IMG/VR virus record: IMGVR_UViG_3300035145_001531
Direction: 5' to 3' (one strand)
Length of the DNA stretch: 64,000 bases
Source: an uncultured virus (IMG/VR IMGVR_UViG_3300035145_001531)
Taxonomy: Duplodnaviria; Heunggongvirae; Uroviricota; Caudoviricetes
A program made the position numbers and the translations under genes. The notes beneath the pieces are model-generated. The model saw only the letters and a list, made by a program, of their open reading frames with translations. It ran no database searches and was not told the DNA's origin. Position 1 is the stretch's first letter, and each line of letters starts with the position of its first letter. This document shows, one piece after another, positions 47,121 through 58,700 of the stretch.

Positions 47121-49061
47121 ATGGCAACTCCATTAGTTAGAATACCACAGCCGCAAGGTGGCACAATGTACGCTTTCGCTTCAGCAGCGAGAGATATTAC
47201 TAGAGCCTTCAATAGCGCTGACATCAATTTTGAGTTTAGTAAATTCGCTTTACTAGACCTACCTGATTTTACGCAATCTGTTGACGGTGCTAATGCGATT
47301 GACTTTGAGGTAAACTTAAAGCAAGCGTCTGGTCAACCGTACGATGCTACGATGCCGAACGTGGATTTCGCACAAACATTCCAAAATTATGCACTGAATT
47401 TAGAAGAGATTCTTCTAAAAGATGATGACTACGATCCTATCTTACTGCAATCAGATGCTGAAAAGATTTTCTTTAAGTGGTTATCCGCACTTGGTGCAAT
47501 TGATTTTAGACCAACAGATTCTAATGAGAGTTCAACAGGGGCTTACGCTGAGAATGATAACGCAATCTTAGGTGGCTCGAACTACGATAAGGTAGTAAAG
47601 TATTTAGGTAGCATTGACGCTGAGAATGACGTTGCATATCAAGGTAACACATACCACGAAGTTTATATTAATGTACCGACTTCGATTGGTTATACACCGT
47701 TAGTGTTATTTAAGCCAACAGACTATAATACATCTGCAACTAAACTTTACCCAACTGATGTTAACGCACAGAATATTGAGGGTAGAGAGGGGCAGACACA
47801 CCCAGATCCTAATATCAATCTAGAACCAGTAGTAGATCAATGGACCCTAAACTCAGGACCATACTATGATATTCAAACTAACGCTACTAACTCTGTTCAA
47901 ATTGATTGGGACACGGCTTCTTATGAGCCAATTCAAAATAATCCTGAAGTAAAATCACTTTTAGATTATGCTAAAACTGGACAACAGTTCAGATTTAACG
48001 CTGTTTTAGTTTATTACGATTTATATAGCTCTTCAATTCCTGCGAATAGAGCAACTAACCTATATGGTATCTTAATTCTAGATGATATTACTGATGCTTA
48101 TGGGCCAGGATCTAAGATCCATGAACAAATTAAGTTTAAGCCAAATGAAGTAACTGGATTAAACGGTAACGCATATTCATTAAAATTAAATCTTAAATTT
48201 AATTCATCTTTAGATAATGTAGGTGTTGAGACTTCGGTAAACGATTTTACCACATTCTCAATGGACCTATTTATGGACACTTCAACTGCATTAGAGAATG
48301 CAACAGATCTATTACTACAGGCAAATAATAGATATGCTAAAGTAAGTGAAAGGCTAGACTCTTTAGAGAATATTATTTTAGGTACAGCGAGAGCTGCCCA
48401 GTTAGAGTCTAGAATCCAAGAGTTAGAAGATGACTTTACTGCAGCTTCACTGCAGCTGCAAGATTCAAAAGCATTACTTAACTTGATTAATAATGCGCAT
48501 GATAAAGTTAATCAATTAATTGATGGTACAATCCCGGTTGAGTTGCAATATAATACTGATGTGATTTTCGCTGGAAAGGGTACTACGGTTGACAAATCTG
48601 TTGCTGGTAAAATTAAGGTCAATAACTCTGTTGACGGTTATGTAGTATCTGACATTTATAGATGGGATATTGCATCACAGATTACCACTGGCGCATTAAC
48701 TAACACAAACCTATTTGATAACTCATTGGCAAACCAATATGGCGTTTGGGTTAAACTAAACCCATATACAAACAGAATGAGCTTAAAGAACTTATTAAAC
48801 AACGAGGTGCTAAATAGTAACCTAAATATATACATTGATGATGCTACTAACGGCTGGACGAAAGGTCAGGTTTTTAAAGTGGCGATCGATACAATTGATG
48901 TAGACGGAAATAATATTAATATCTGGACTAATAAGCCAGGTGGTTTTGCTACTAACATTGCAACGATCGACCCATCACAGTTGATTACAAATAAACCTTA
49001 CTTTGAGATCGTTTGTGTAGATTCAGCGAACTATGTATTTGAAGTAGATATTTTAAGATAA
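47121..49061 (+). CDS. Structural protein with central coiled coil
   Basis: 646 aa, within the structural operon. Confidence 0.6.
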   Translation: MATPLVRIPQPQGGTMYAFASAARDITRAFNSADINFEFSKFALLDLPDFTQSVDGANAIDFEVNLKQASGQPYDATMPNVDFAQTFQNYALNLEEILLKDDDYDPILLQSDAEKIFFKWLSALGAIDFRPTDSNESSTGAYAENDNAILGGSNYDKVVKYLGSIDAENDVAYQGNTYHEVYINVPTSIGYTPLVLFKPTDYNTSATKLYPTDVNAQNIEGREGQTHPDPNINLEPVVDQWTLNSGPYYDIQTNATNSVQIDWDTASYEPIQNNPEVKSLLDYAKTGQQFRFNAVLVYYDLYSSSIPANRATNLYGILILDDITDAYGPGSKIHEQIKFKPNEVTGLNGNAYSLKLNLKFNSSLDNVGVETSVNDFTTFSMDLFMDTSTALENATDLLLQANNRYAKVSERLDSLENIILGTARAAQLESRIQELEDDFTAASLQLQDSKALLNLINNAHDKVNQLIDGTIPVELQYNTDVIFAGKGTTVDKSVAGKIKVNNSVDGYVVSDIYRWDIASQITTGALTNTNLFDNSLANQYGVWVKLNPYTNRMSLKNLLNNEVLNSNLNIYIDDATNGWTKGQVFKVAIDTIDVDGNNINIWTNKPGGFATNIATIDPSQLITNKPYFEIVCVDSANYVFEVDILR

Positions 49062-49062
49062 T

Positions 49063-52000
49063 ATGAACACGAACAACTCTATATCTAATTCCTTAAAGAA
49101 ACTGCTAGAGATTAATACCAATTCTCTTAAGACGTTTGAGCGTATTAATGAAGCAGTAACCACTAATGCTAAAGATGTCCCGTTAGAGATTTTAACTGAC
49201 GAGGGGACTAAAATAGTATCTGTACCTGGGTTCGGGTATATGAAAAGAGAACTTGAAAGATTAGACAATAATCTTAAGGCACTAACTGGATTAGGTAAGG
49301 GTAGTACTAAAGTGAAATTACCAGACGGTACTTTTCAAAATATTATTACAACATCACTTAAGACTCCTGCAAATGATATTACGTCTTTGGCTAGGCCTAC
49401 GGCTTTTGCATCTAAACCTAACTATTTTGCAGAGGATTTCTTAAACCCAATGTTAACTACGTCGATCGACGTAAGTGGTCAGATTCCAAATGACACTGAG
49501 AGAGTCCTAGTAAAAAGAATTCTATTTGATGGTACAAATCAAGTAGCAGTAGATTTCTTTAATGATAACTATAGAAACCAAGACAATATTGATTACCTAA
49601 CGGCGATCAGAGATATTGTTAATAATAATATTGCATATACTCTTGATGAAGAATTAAGAGATATGCCTTATAGAACCACACAATACACCGGTTCATTCGA
49701 TGTGCTTTCTATCTCAAACTCTAAGAGAGAGGTAGTAGAGGACGGTGTAACTGTAAAACAAGCGATTAAACTTTATACATTAGATAAGTTAACCTACTCT
49801 GATAATAATAAGGATCTAGATCAGACTGAATTACTCCGCGTTGGAGACGAACTGATGGTCACAGGTGGTTCTAAAAACACAAGATATAAAATCACTAAGC
49901 TTGATGCTTCAACTCGCCAGGTTGAGCTCAGATTAATCGAGGGATATGAAGCAATTAAGATTGGTGCAGGCTCACTGGCTATTTACAAAGCTGAAGTTAA
50001 TAACTTAAACATTGAGGTTCCAGTTGGATTTGATGAGAGGGTATTAATGTTTGTAAAGGCAGTTGACCCACAGTCTAAACTACTAGCAGAAAGATGGTCT
50101 CCTGGTGTAGGCTTCTATACAAATGATTTAGAAGTACTACAAGACGATGGTAGCATTATTCTATTAGCAGATTTCTATAAAGAGAATGTTGCTGATTTTG
50201 GTAAGTTTATCATGTCTATCAAACAGGATAATATTCCACCAGCAACTGTTGGTGTAACTCCTGATGCTCCTACATTAAATGGAGACAACTTTAAAGTTGT
50301 ACAAATTAATAAGCACTTAACACAAAATGATGCTGCTGATAAAATTAAAAAATTATCAACAGATAAAGCTGCTGTAGAAGAGGCTATTAAAAAACTAGAC
50401 AATACTATCTCTAAAAAGAGATCTGAAATCGCTAGTAAAAAATACGAGTCTCAAGTACAGAAAGATAAAGATAAGAATGAGCTAAATGCTCTAATTGAAG
50501 AGAGGACATCTGAGTCTAAATTGTATAACTCAATTGTAACTCAGATTCAGGCTCTATCATCATCTTCTAATGCAGCGAAGATTACTCCTAAATACAGAAT
50601 TAGAGGTTTCTGGTCTGTGCCAGCACCTAAACAGGTTGCAGATACATTGGATCAAAATGTGGTACAGTTTATTGTACAATATAGATACTTATCTACTTCA
50701 GGTAAAGCTGCCGAAGCTGCTCAACTTAAGTTTACAGATTCTGGTAGAGAGAAGGCGGCGATCTTCTCTAATTGGAATGAGATGAAAACCAAAGTTAGAG
50801 AAAGAGCTAAATCTATCGATAATAACGGTAATATCTCTAATAAATTTACATGGCAAGATACTAAAATTGAAGACGGCCAAGAGATTAACTTTAACCAGTT
50901 AGATATTCCTATTAATCAGGGTGAATTAGTTGAAATTAGAGTTAAATCAATTTCAGAAGCAGGTTTCCCTGCTAACCCAATCTTATCAGACTGGTCTGAG
51001 TCTATTACAGTAGCATTCCCAGAAGAAGAGATCGATACCACTGATGTTGCAGCGGTAGTTGAGGTTAATACTGCTGAGCTAGCGAAAGTTCAGATCACTG
51101 AAGAGCTAACTGCACAAGGTGTATTTACACACGTTGGAGACGCGTTTACCGCAAATGAAAATTACTATGCTCACGTAGCTACTAATATTGCATCTGGTTT
51201 CCTTTCTCCGGAACAAAAACCAATCTCAGTCTATGATAAAATAGCTGAGCTAGAAGCACAGATTAATGCTCTTAAATCTAATGTTGAGGCAGAAGTTGGT
51301 GAATTGGTTGTTAAAATTGTTTCCGAAGATGGAACAGTTACCAATATTGCTAAAGATACAACTACTCAATTATTTGCTGGTTATTACGTGGATGAAGTGG
51401 CAGACTTAACTGTAAGAAAAGGCCACATTGTTACTAAGACATTTAAATTACAATTAGAAAATAGTAAAGCTACTAAATTAGAATTAGTTTCTAGACTAAT
51501 TGGAGATAGAACTAAACCGGTATATAGATCGGTTAACCAGGACGCAACTCCTAGCCAGTATGGTTTCGGTATTCCTACTAATGACCAAAACAACTCCGGT
51601 GTAGATGTAAAAGTAGAAAGAGATAATTATTACCAAGAAGAGGGTAACTATGATTTAGTACCTATTCAGTATCAGAACGTAGATACCACCGCGTTTGATA
51701 GGTCAGCTGATGCTCCGTATCAATCAATGCAAAGAAGAGGTCAATTTATTTATAGTAGATATATGGATGTGGCTAACCAAAACCCACACTATATGACTGC
51801 TCCTATTAATCCTGTAGCAGGCACGCCTGGAATTGAAGATTACGAGTATGATCTTTCCACAAATGGTGATTCAGAATGGCCAAACGCAGTTACTAATACA
51901 GGTTCAACTACTAATTTTGTTTGGTCTGGTGCATTTACAGATTTAGATAATACTACAGGATGGAGTCCTGAAAAGATTAGGGTTGCGCCTCTAGCCACTG

Positions 52001-52707
52001 GTAGCATCTCATTAACCGAATACAATAATGGTTTATTTGTACATAAAGACCACCCTTTACTAGAAAATATTTGGGATGGTGCGGCAGAATCTAATAATAT
52101 GAATCTAGGTGCTATTAGAAAAGAGATGATATTCTCTATGCCTAGAACTGCAACTCAAGCTACCGGCGGTACTCTATTTAGCGTATTTGGTTATGACTTA
52201 AATACTAACCAGATTACTGCTAAACAACAGATGGCATACCATGATGGTACTGGCCTATGGGACTCTGGTGCAGGAGCTGGTGCTGAAAGACCTCTTAAAA
52301 TGTCGTTTGACGCAACTGACCAATACTTATTAGGTGGTAGATCTTGTGGTGCATTCTTATTTATGTCACCTGTAAACCCAGACTCACTAAAAGTAAGTGG
52401 TGAAACTAAGAGATCAGCTAAAGAAATTAAAGCTAAGAAAGATAATGAGTCAAATGCAGTCTCAGTAGATATTGTGTTCCAATACAGAATGACTGATTAC
52501 TTTGGTAACGACGAGACCACAGATACTGGTAGAATTGGTGGTTTTGCGAGACTTGCGTACAATAACTTAACTTATACTAAAAAGATTGGTTTAGATATTT
52601 TTGACAAGTACGGTGAGCAATTCTCATTCGATTTAGAAGTGTTTGCCAAGTACAGTCCTAAAGGTAAGAACTTGAATTCTATTAAGGCAGCACAGTTGCT
52701 TAGATAA
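49063..52707 (+). CDS. Large structural protein with coiled coils and FN3-like segment
   Basis: 1214 aa; VEIRVKSISEAG.P....SDWS. Confidence 0.6.
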   Translation: MNTNNSISNSLKKLLEINTNSLKTFERINEAVTTNAKDVPLEILTDEGTKIVSVPGFGYMKRELERLDNNLKALTGLGKGSTKVKLPDGTFQNIITTSLKTPANDITSLARPTAFASKPNYFAEDFLNPMLTTSIDVSGQIPNDTERVLVKRILFDGTNQVAVDFFNDNYRNQDNIDYLTAIRDIVNNNIAYTLDEELRDMPYRTTQYTGSFDVLSISNSKREVVEDGVTVKQAIKLYTLDKLTYSDNNKDLDQTELLRVGDELMVTGGSKNTRYKITKLDASTRQVELRLIEGYEAIKIGAGSLAIYKAEVNNLNIEVPVGFDERVLMFVKAVDPQSKLLAERWSPGVGFYTNDLEVLQDDGSIILLADFYKENVADFGKFIMSIKQDNIPPATVGVTPDAPTLNGDNFKVVQINKHLTQNDAADKIKKLSTDKAAVEEAIKKLDNTISKKRSEIASKKYESQVQKDKDKNELNALIEERTSESKLYNSIVTQIQALSSSSNAAKITPKYRIRGFWSVPAPKQVADTLDQNVVQFIVQYRYLSTSGKAAEAAQLKFTDSGREKAAIFSNWNEMKTKVRERAKSIDNNGNISNKFTWQDTKIEDGQEINFNQLDIPINQGELVEIRVKSISEAGFPANPILSDWSESITVAFPEEEIDTTDVAAVVEVNTAELAKVQITEELTAQGVFTHVGDAFTANENYYAHVATNIASGFLSPEQKPISVYDKIAELEAQINALKSNVEAEVGELVVKIVSEDGTVTNIAKDTTTQLFAGYYVDEVADLTVRKGHIVTKTFKLQLENSKATKLELVSRLIGDRTKPVYRSVNQDATPSQYGFGIPTNDQNNSGVDVKVERDNYYQEEGNYDLVPIQYQNVDTTAFDRSADAPYQSMQRRGQFIYSRYMDVANQNPHYMTAPINPVAGTPGIEDYEYDLSTNGDSEWPNAVTNTGSTTNFVWSGAFTDLDNTTGWSPEKIRVAPLATGSISLTEYNNGLFVHKDHPLLENIWDGAAESNNMNLGAIRKEMIFSMPRTATQATGGTLFSVFGYDLNTNQITAKQQMAYHDGTGLWDSGAGAGAERPLKMSFDATDQYLLGGRSCGAFLFMSPVNPDSLKVSGETKRSAKEIKAKKDNESNAVSVDIVFQYRMTDYFGNDETTDTGRIGGFARLAYNNLTYTKKIGLDIFDKYGEQFSFDLEVFAKYSPKGKNLNSIKAAQLLR

Positions 52708-52771
52708 TGTATACGCCCAGTTTGGACGGATATATAATAGAGAAGAAATTCTCGAAATAGAATTAAAGTAA

Positions 52772-55700
52772 ATGGCCATAGTAACTAAACAATTTTCAAC
52801 CTCAGGATATTCAACTGCGTGGTTAGCAGCGAACGACGCTGGAAGCGTAGGAGCTACATCTGCGCTATTTTTTGATGACGCTGATACTACAAACGGACAG
52901 TCTAGTACAACCGCAAGTTTACTAGAGGTTGGTGATGTAATCTATAATGATAATGGTGCTGGCGGTCTAGGTACAGCATTCGAAGGTTCCGGTTTATTTT
53001 ACATTAATACTAGCGATACTACTATTGTAGAAATTAATGACTCTGGTCAAGTTTTGTCAATACAGGATGTTACTTCTATAACCTCTACGACAACTACAAC
53101 TATCGGCGAAGAGCCTACTACAACAAGTACAACCTCAACAACAACTGAGACACCAACGACAACTACGACCAGTACAACTACAACAACTAGTACAACTACA
53201 ACTACTACTGACGGACCTCCAATTGCTAGTAATTTTTCTAGATCAATGGTTAATTCTGGAAATGGCGAATCAGTTGTATTAGACTTTTCAGATCCGGCGA
53301 CGGGTGGTTGGAGTGGTAATGCTGTTACTGACAATGAAGATAGCTTCGCTGCAGATACTTTAAATATCTATATAGTCTCTGTGCCAGGTAACGGTACGAT
53401 TCTAGACGATAATGATAATAATAGCAATACTCCGCTTGTTGTCAATGATGTACTATTAAACACTAGTGGCCAACCCTCAATTGAATATATTCCTAATACT
53501 AACTATTCAATCGGAGGTACTGACACTTTCCAATATAAAGTAGTAGATAGCGCTGGTAATGAAACTACGGGAACTATTTCAATCACGGTAAACGGCCCCG
53601 CAAATACAGCTCCTACTACCAGTCCGATTACAGTGGCTATTAATTCCGCTGAGAACGGAGATAGTGTATTCTTTAATATTAGAGATTATGTGTCTGATGA
53701 TTCAGATGCCGTGAGTACATTAATATACTATTGGTGTGATAGTAATGGTAATAATGCAAGTCTAATTACTTCTGCTGGCACATTGCCAACTGAACTTTAT
53801 GGTAATTTAGCATTAGGGACTGGACCGAACCCACAATTAATTACATATACTTATACTGGTAGTACTTTAACACCAAATGACTCTTCGTTAACAGAGACCT
53901 TTTATTACAAGGTAGAAGATACTGAAGGTGCTACTTCTGGGGTGCAGTCTATTACTATTAATATGACGCCACCGGGTAATGTAAACCCAGTATTTAATCC
54001 AATATCTGAAACTAGACAAGTGGTGCAATACAACTCTGTTTCAGGGAATGTTGCCCAATATGCTTCGGATGCAGATGGACATGCTTTAACATATACTTAT
54101 ACTCAAACCTCAGGGCAGGGTAATTTTACATTGGGACAGAGTACTGGTTCGTGGACTTATAGTTCAGGTAGCTGGTCAATTGCTCCTAATACTACAGTAA
54201 ACGCTGTTTTTGAAATTACTGCTGCAGATGGATTTGGAGGCACTGCAGTCTATACGTTAACCATTCAGGTAACTGGTGTATCTTATATTTCAGTACAAAG
54301 ATCTAGCTTTACTAACACATCTGATAACGCTTGTAATCAATCTAGATCTACTACTACTTATATTAATGTATCTGAAGCTACAAGTATTAATAACTTGGCA
54401 ATAGGTGATAGTCTTTATAGTACTACCGCCCTTAATGATAAAGTTTCTGCTTCTACTTCTAGCCAAGGTTGGCTTTCTATCCAACAAGACTTAGGTGGTA
54501 CTACAGGGGTAGTGGTTAAATCTGTTCAGATTGATACTGATGGTGTAATTCAAAATGTAATTAATTGTGCAGTTTCTACAGGTAACGCATGGCAGATTAA
54601 AGTATTATACTCTACAGACGTTGTAGATTTATGTAACGGCCAATATGAGGCTACATTGGTTTGGCAAAACGTAATTGATACTGGTGACGGCCCGTATGCT
54701 AGCTTAGCAGATGTCGTGGCGCAAGGCGGTCAATTATTCTCTAATGAATATTATGCGAATCAGTATTCTGGAGCAATTGCACCAGATGAAGCATGTGTAC
54801 CTCCTGGATTCTACATGGATGGCCCAGCTTTCGATGCCGAACAATATTATGAGTTTACTGCTGGCGCCTGGGATGGAAGCGCACAAGCATGTCCTCAACA
54901 AATTATGTGGACTACTGAATCAGTTACAGTATTCTATAGTCCTAATAACGAGATGGAAATCTCTGCTGCATGTAGTAGCGGAGAAGATCTAATCCAAACT
55001 ACATTATGGTTTAGAATTAATACAGAACATGTAATTGAGCTTACAGACGAAGAGGCTAGGCTTAATTATATTATGCAAAACCAGGTGGTAATTTTTGATT
55101 ACCAGGGTGCTGCTAGTTCTCTAGATTACAGTAAGATGCCTAGTTCTAGAGTGTATATTGCTGCGTTAGCGGATAACAATTCAACTAGTGGTTACGTACC
55201 TACTGATAAATTTGCTATTTGGACTAACGATAATTCAAGTGGTTATACTGGTAACTATAATTGGCAAGGTGTTGATGCAAACGGGACTATTATAGACGGG
55301 ACTGCTTCCACGTTGTTAGCTAGCTGTAGCACTCAGTTCACACAACCGGATGCAAATGGAGACTTCTGTTTAGGATTAGAGGGTAATACATGCGATCCTA
55401 GTTCAAGTAACAATTCTAGAGAGAATGTATTCTATGCGTTCTACTCTTGTATAGTTAAATTTGAGAACGGAGTGCCTTATTGGCCAATGTATGTGATCGA
55501 TGGTATGCATACGATCGCTCCAACCTCAACTTCATATATTAAAGAGTTTGTAGATGTACATGGTAACACACCTGTTAAAATAGGTGGTGATACCATGCTG
55601 GAATGTATGACTTTACAACACAAAATTTTTGCTGTAAATGTTGACGACGCTATTTCAATATTAGATAGCATTCCGGAATATAACGGTGATGATATTAGAC

Positions 55701-58700
55701 CAATGTCTATTAACCCAGTTGATTTAGGGTTTACTTCTGGTGCCACTATCAAATATGGTTATGCCGAGTGTAACGACTGTATTTTAGGAGACCTAGCACC
55801 TAATAGTTTTACTTTAGACCTAGTTGATGATGCTGAGATTATCAATAGATCAATACCTAATTTTGATTTAGAGAAAAATTACGAATTGGATAATGTATCT
55901 AAGCCTCTATTAAGAACAAACCCTAAGTTGTCCACTAACGCCAAGTTGGTAGTTAACTCTAGTGGTAAAATGTTCTTGGAATCAATTAACGCGACAAAAG
56001 AATTATCTTCAGTAGAATATAAAAAATGGGCTTTACAAAAAGAGGGTAAATGGTCTTATGATTTATACAACTTCTTTAAGACTAATAAGACTCCATTAGA
56101 TCAGGTTTATTTACCTAAAAAGAGCTTCTCTGATTTTACAGTACATGAGTCTTTTGCTAAACAAATTGAAGAGGATTATCATTACGGAACTACCTATAAT
56201 TATTCTAAATTACATGATGAAGACTTTAGAATACTGGCTCCTATTTGGTTAGATAAGCATATCCCATCTAAGTTTGTAATCTTTAGAGTAAACGACCCTG
56301 CAGCTTTAGACTTTGATAGTGCATCTAATTTTAATAATATCACAGAGATTCTAAAGAATAGTGAAATTATTAAATCTTTTGACTTAACTAGAAAAAGCGA
56401 ATTAGGTACTTATATTAGAAACCACGTACAGTCTGAGTCTTTCCCTAGAACTCCAATTAATGTTAATTTCGATAAGAATGAAAGAACTGCATTTAACGGG
56501 ATTGACATGAAAAAAGGTGGCTTTACTAGCAAGGGTGAGTATTTATACGAAGACTTTGTTAAAAAAGATCAGACTATCATTGCTGAAAATAATTTAATCA
56601 CCGGAGGTTTTGAAAGAAACGCGTTAGCATGTGCTAATCTGATTAACATGGAATTCCTGTTTAACGATGACGCGGCTAGTGATTATGCAGTTAATAGATA
56701 TTTTGGTCTATATGTAAATGATATTGATTCTGGCTACGGTAGTTTAGAATCTGCAAATAATGGTCAGCTTAAATTTAAGGTATTAAACTCTTATATTAAT
56801 GATGATGCTAAGTCAGCAATACCACCCTTCAGCCTGATTGATAACACTCCAACTTTAGGGTATGCTCATATTTCAGATAACTTCTATAAAATATCGCCTA
56901 GAGTTCTATATAAACCAGAAAATCTAGAGGTTATTGTAGAGGATAGTGCTAATAAAATACCAGCTGAGGTGAAATTAGCTCCTACTGGAAGATCAATAGA
57001 GATGAGTACTAGCTCAGCGGCTGGTAATGATTTCATTAAACTAGATGTTGTCGATACTCCTGCTGTAAACGACAGGTTAGCTATATTCCCTTCAAAGGAA
57101 CAGACATACAGGATTAAGTTTAGTAGATATACTCAAAACGACTCGTTCACTTTAGGTTTAATTGTAGACCCTAATGGAGGTTATACTTCTATTAATTTCA
57201 CTCTACAAGCAGATTTGGATGATTCAATTAATCTATTGAATTTCATCTTCAACGCACCTAGTGGTGGTAATATTGTTTTTGAAAAAGAAACGGATTCTAG
57301 TATTATCTTTTACGAGAAGAAAGGTACACTTAGGCCAATGGAGCCTATGTTGACCCCAGATGTAAATAATACTACTCTGGCTAGAATTGAAGAATTACAA
57401 GTACCTTATGACCTAGCAAATAATATGTTCTTTGCTGTAGACCATTTACCGGCGGGCCACTTTAATGGTACTAGCTTCTCAAGCCAGGGCACTAAGTCTG
57501 AAATAGCTTCTGCTCTTGCAAAGGCTATTAATTCTATTGATAATGGATTTACTGCAATAACGTATGATAAGGCAGAACATCTTTATATTAAAACAAATGT
57601 AATTGGCTATAAACTTTTACAGGCTGGCGTTGCTATTCCACATGATAATTCCAGCGATTGGTTAACTATCGATGAGGCTAATAGAGATGATGGTAATTTA
57701 CTAAGATTAAATATTATAGAGAACGCCACGGTAGATCTTTTATCTAATAGTAGTATTTACTATTTTAGTGGCGGTAATGCTGCTGGTAAATCAGTACTGG
57801 TTACTGAGGATTCTGTTAGTAATATTAATGCCGGTGATTATATTGAAACTAGATCTAGTGGAGTATATAATAGGGTGGTGGATATTGTTGATGATATTGA
57901 AAGATTACCTATGCAATATAAAAAGGTAATTTTAGAGAGAATTAATACTATTGACGCTGGTGAGATTAATGTATTTGCAGATAACCTAGTTAGATTAGGC
58001 TTATTTTCAGCGTTTGATATTCATGATATGAACTTTGATTTTTATGATACATCAAACTCTGATTTAAAAGAACTTCAATGGGAAACACATGGTGAAATAA
58101 ATTATGAACCTGAGGTTAATAACCTAAACGATATTTACCCATTTGGTGATAAAGATAACACTGATTATACATTAGACCCTATTAACTATTTCACCGGATT
58201 AAGCGATGTATTAGCAGAAGAAACCGCTGATGAGTTTGATGAAGTTATTATTCAAAGTGAATACGATAGGCTACAAGAGAATAACTTGAAAGAATATGCT
58301 GTAACTTCTAGAGTAGTTCCTACAATTAACAAGTGGGTTCTAAAAGATGTCACTACTGTTAGAGAGCAGCCTTATTATTTAAACGCTAATGAGGCGTTTG
58401 GTAGATCTAATTTTGCAGCAGACTTGTCTTTCCCTAATAGAGATAGACTGGGCATGACGCACGAGTGGTTCTATATTAATAATTTACCAACACATCTAAT
58501 TAAAAACCAAGGTGATAATCAAAACCCAGCGTATAGGCTAAACGAATCATTTAGTTATATTAACTTTATGGAAGGGTTTGAAATGACGCCAGCTCTATTC
58601 AAAGATGTTAATTACAATTACTTCGATAGATTCTTTGTAACAGAAGGGTTTGAAACTATTGGTGATAATAACTACAAGACGTTTGTAAAAACCAACAGAC

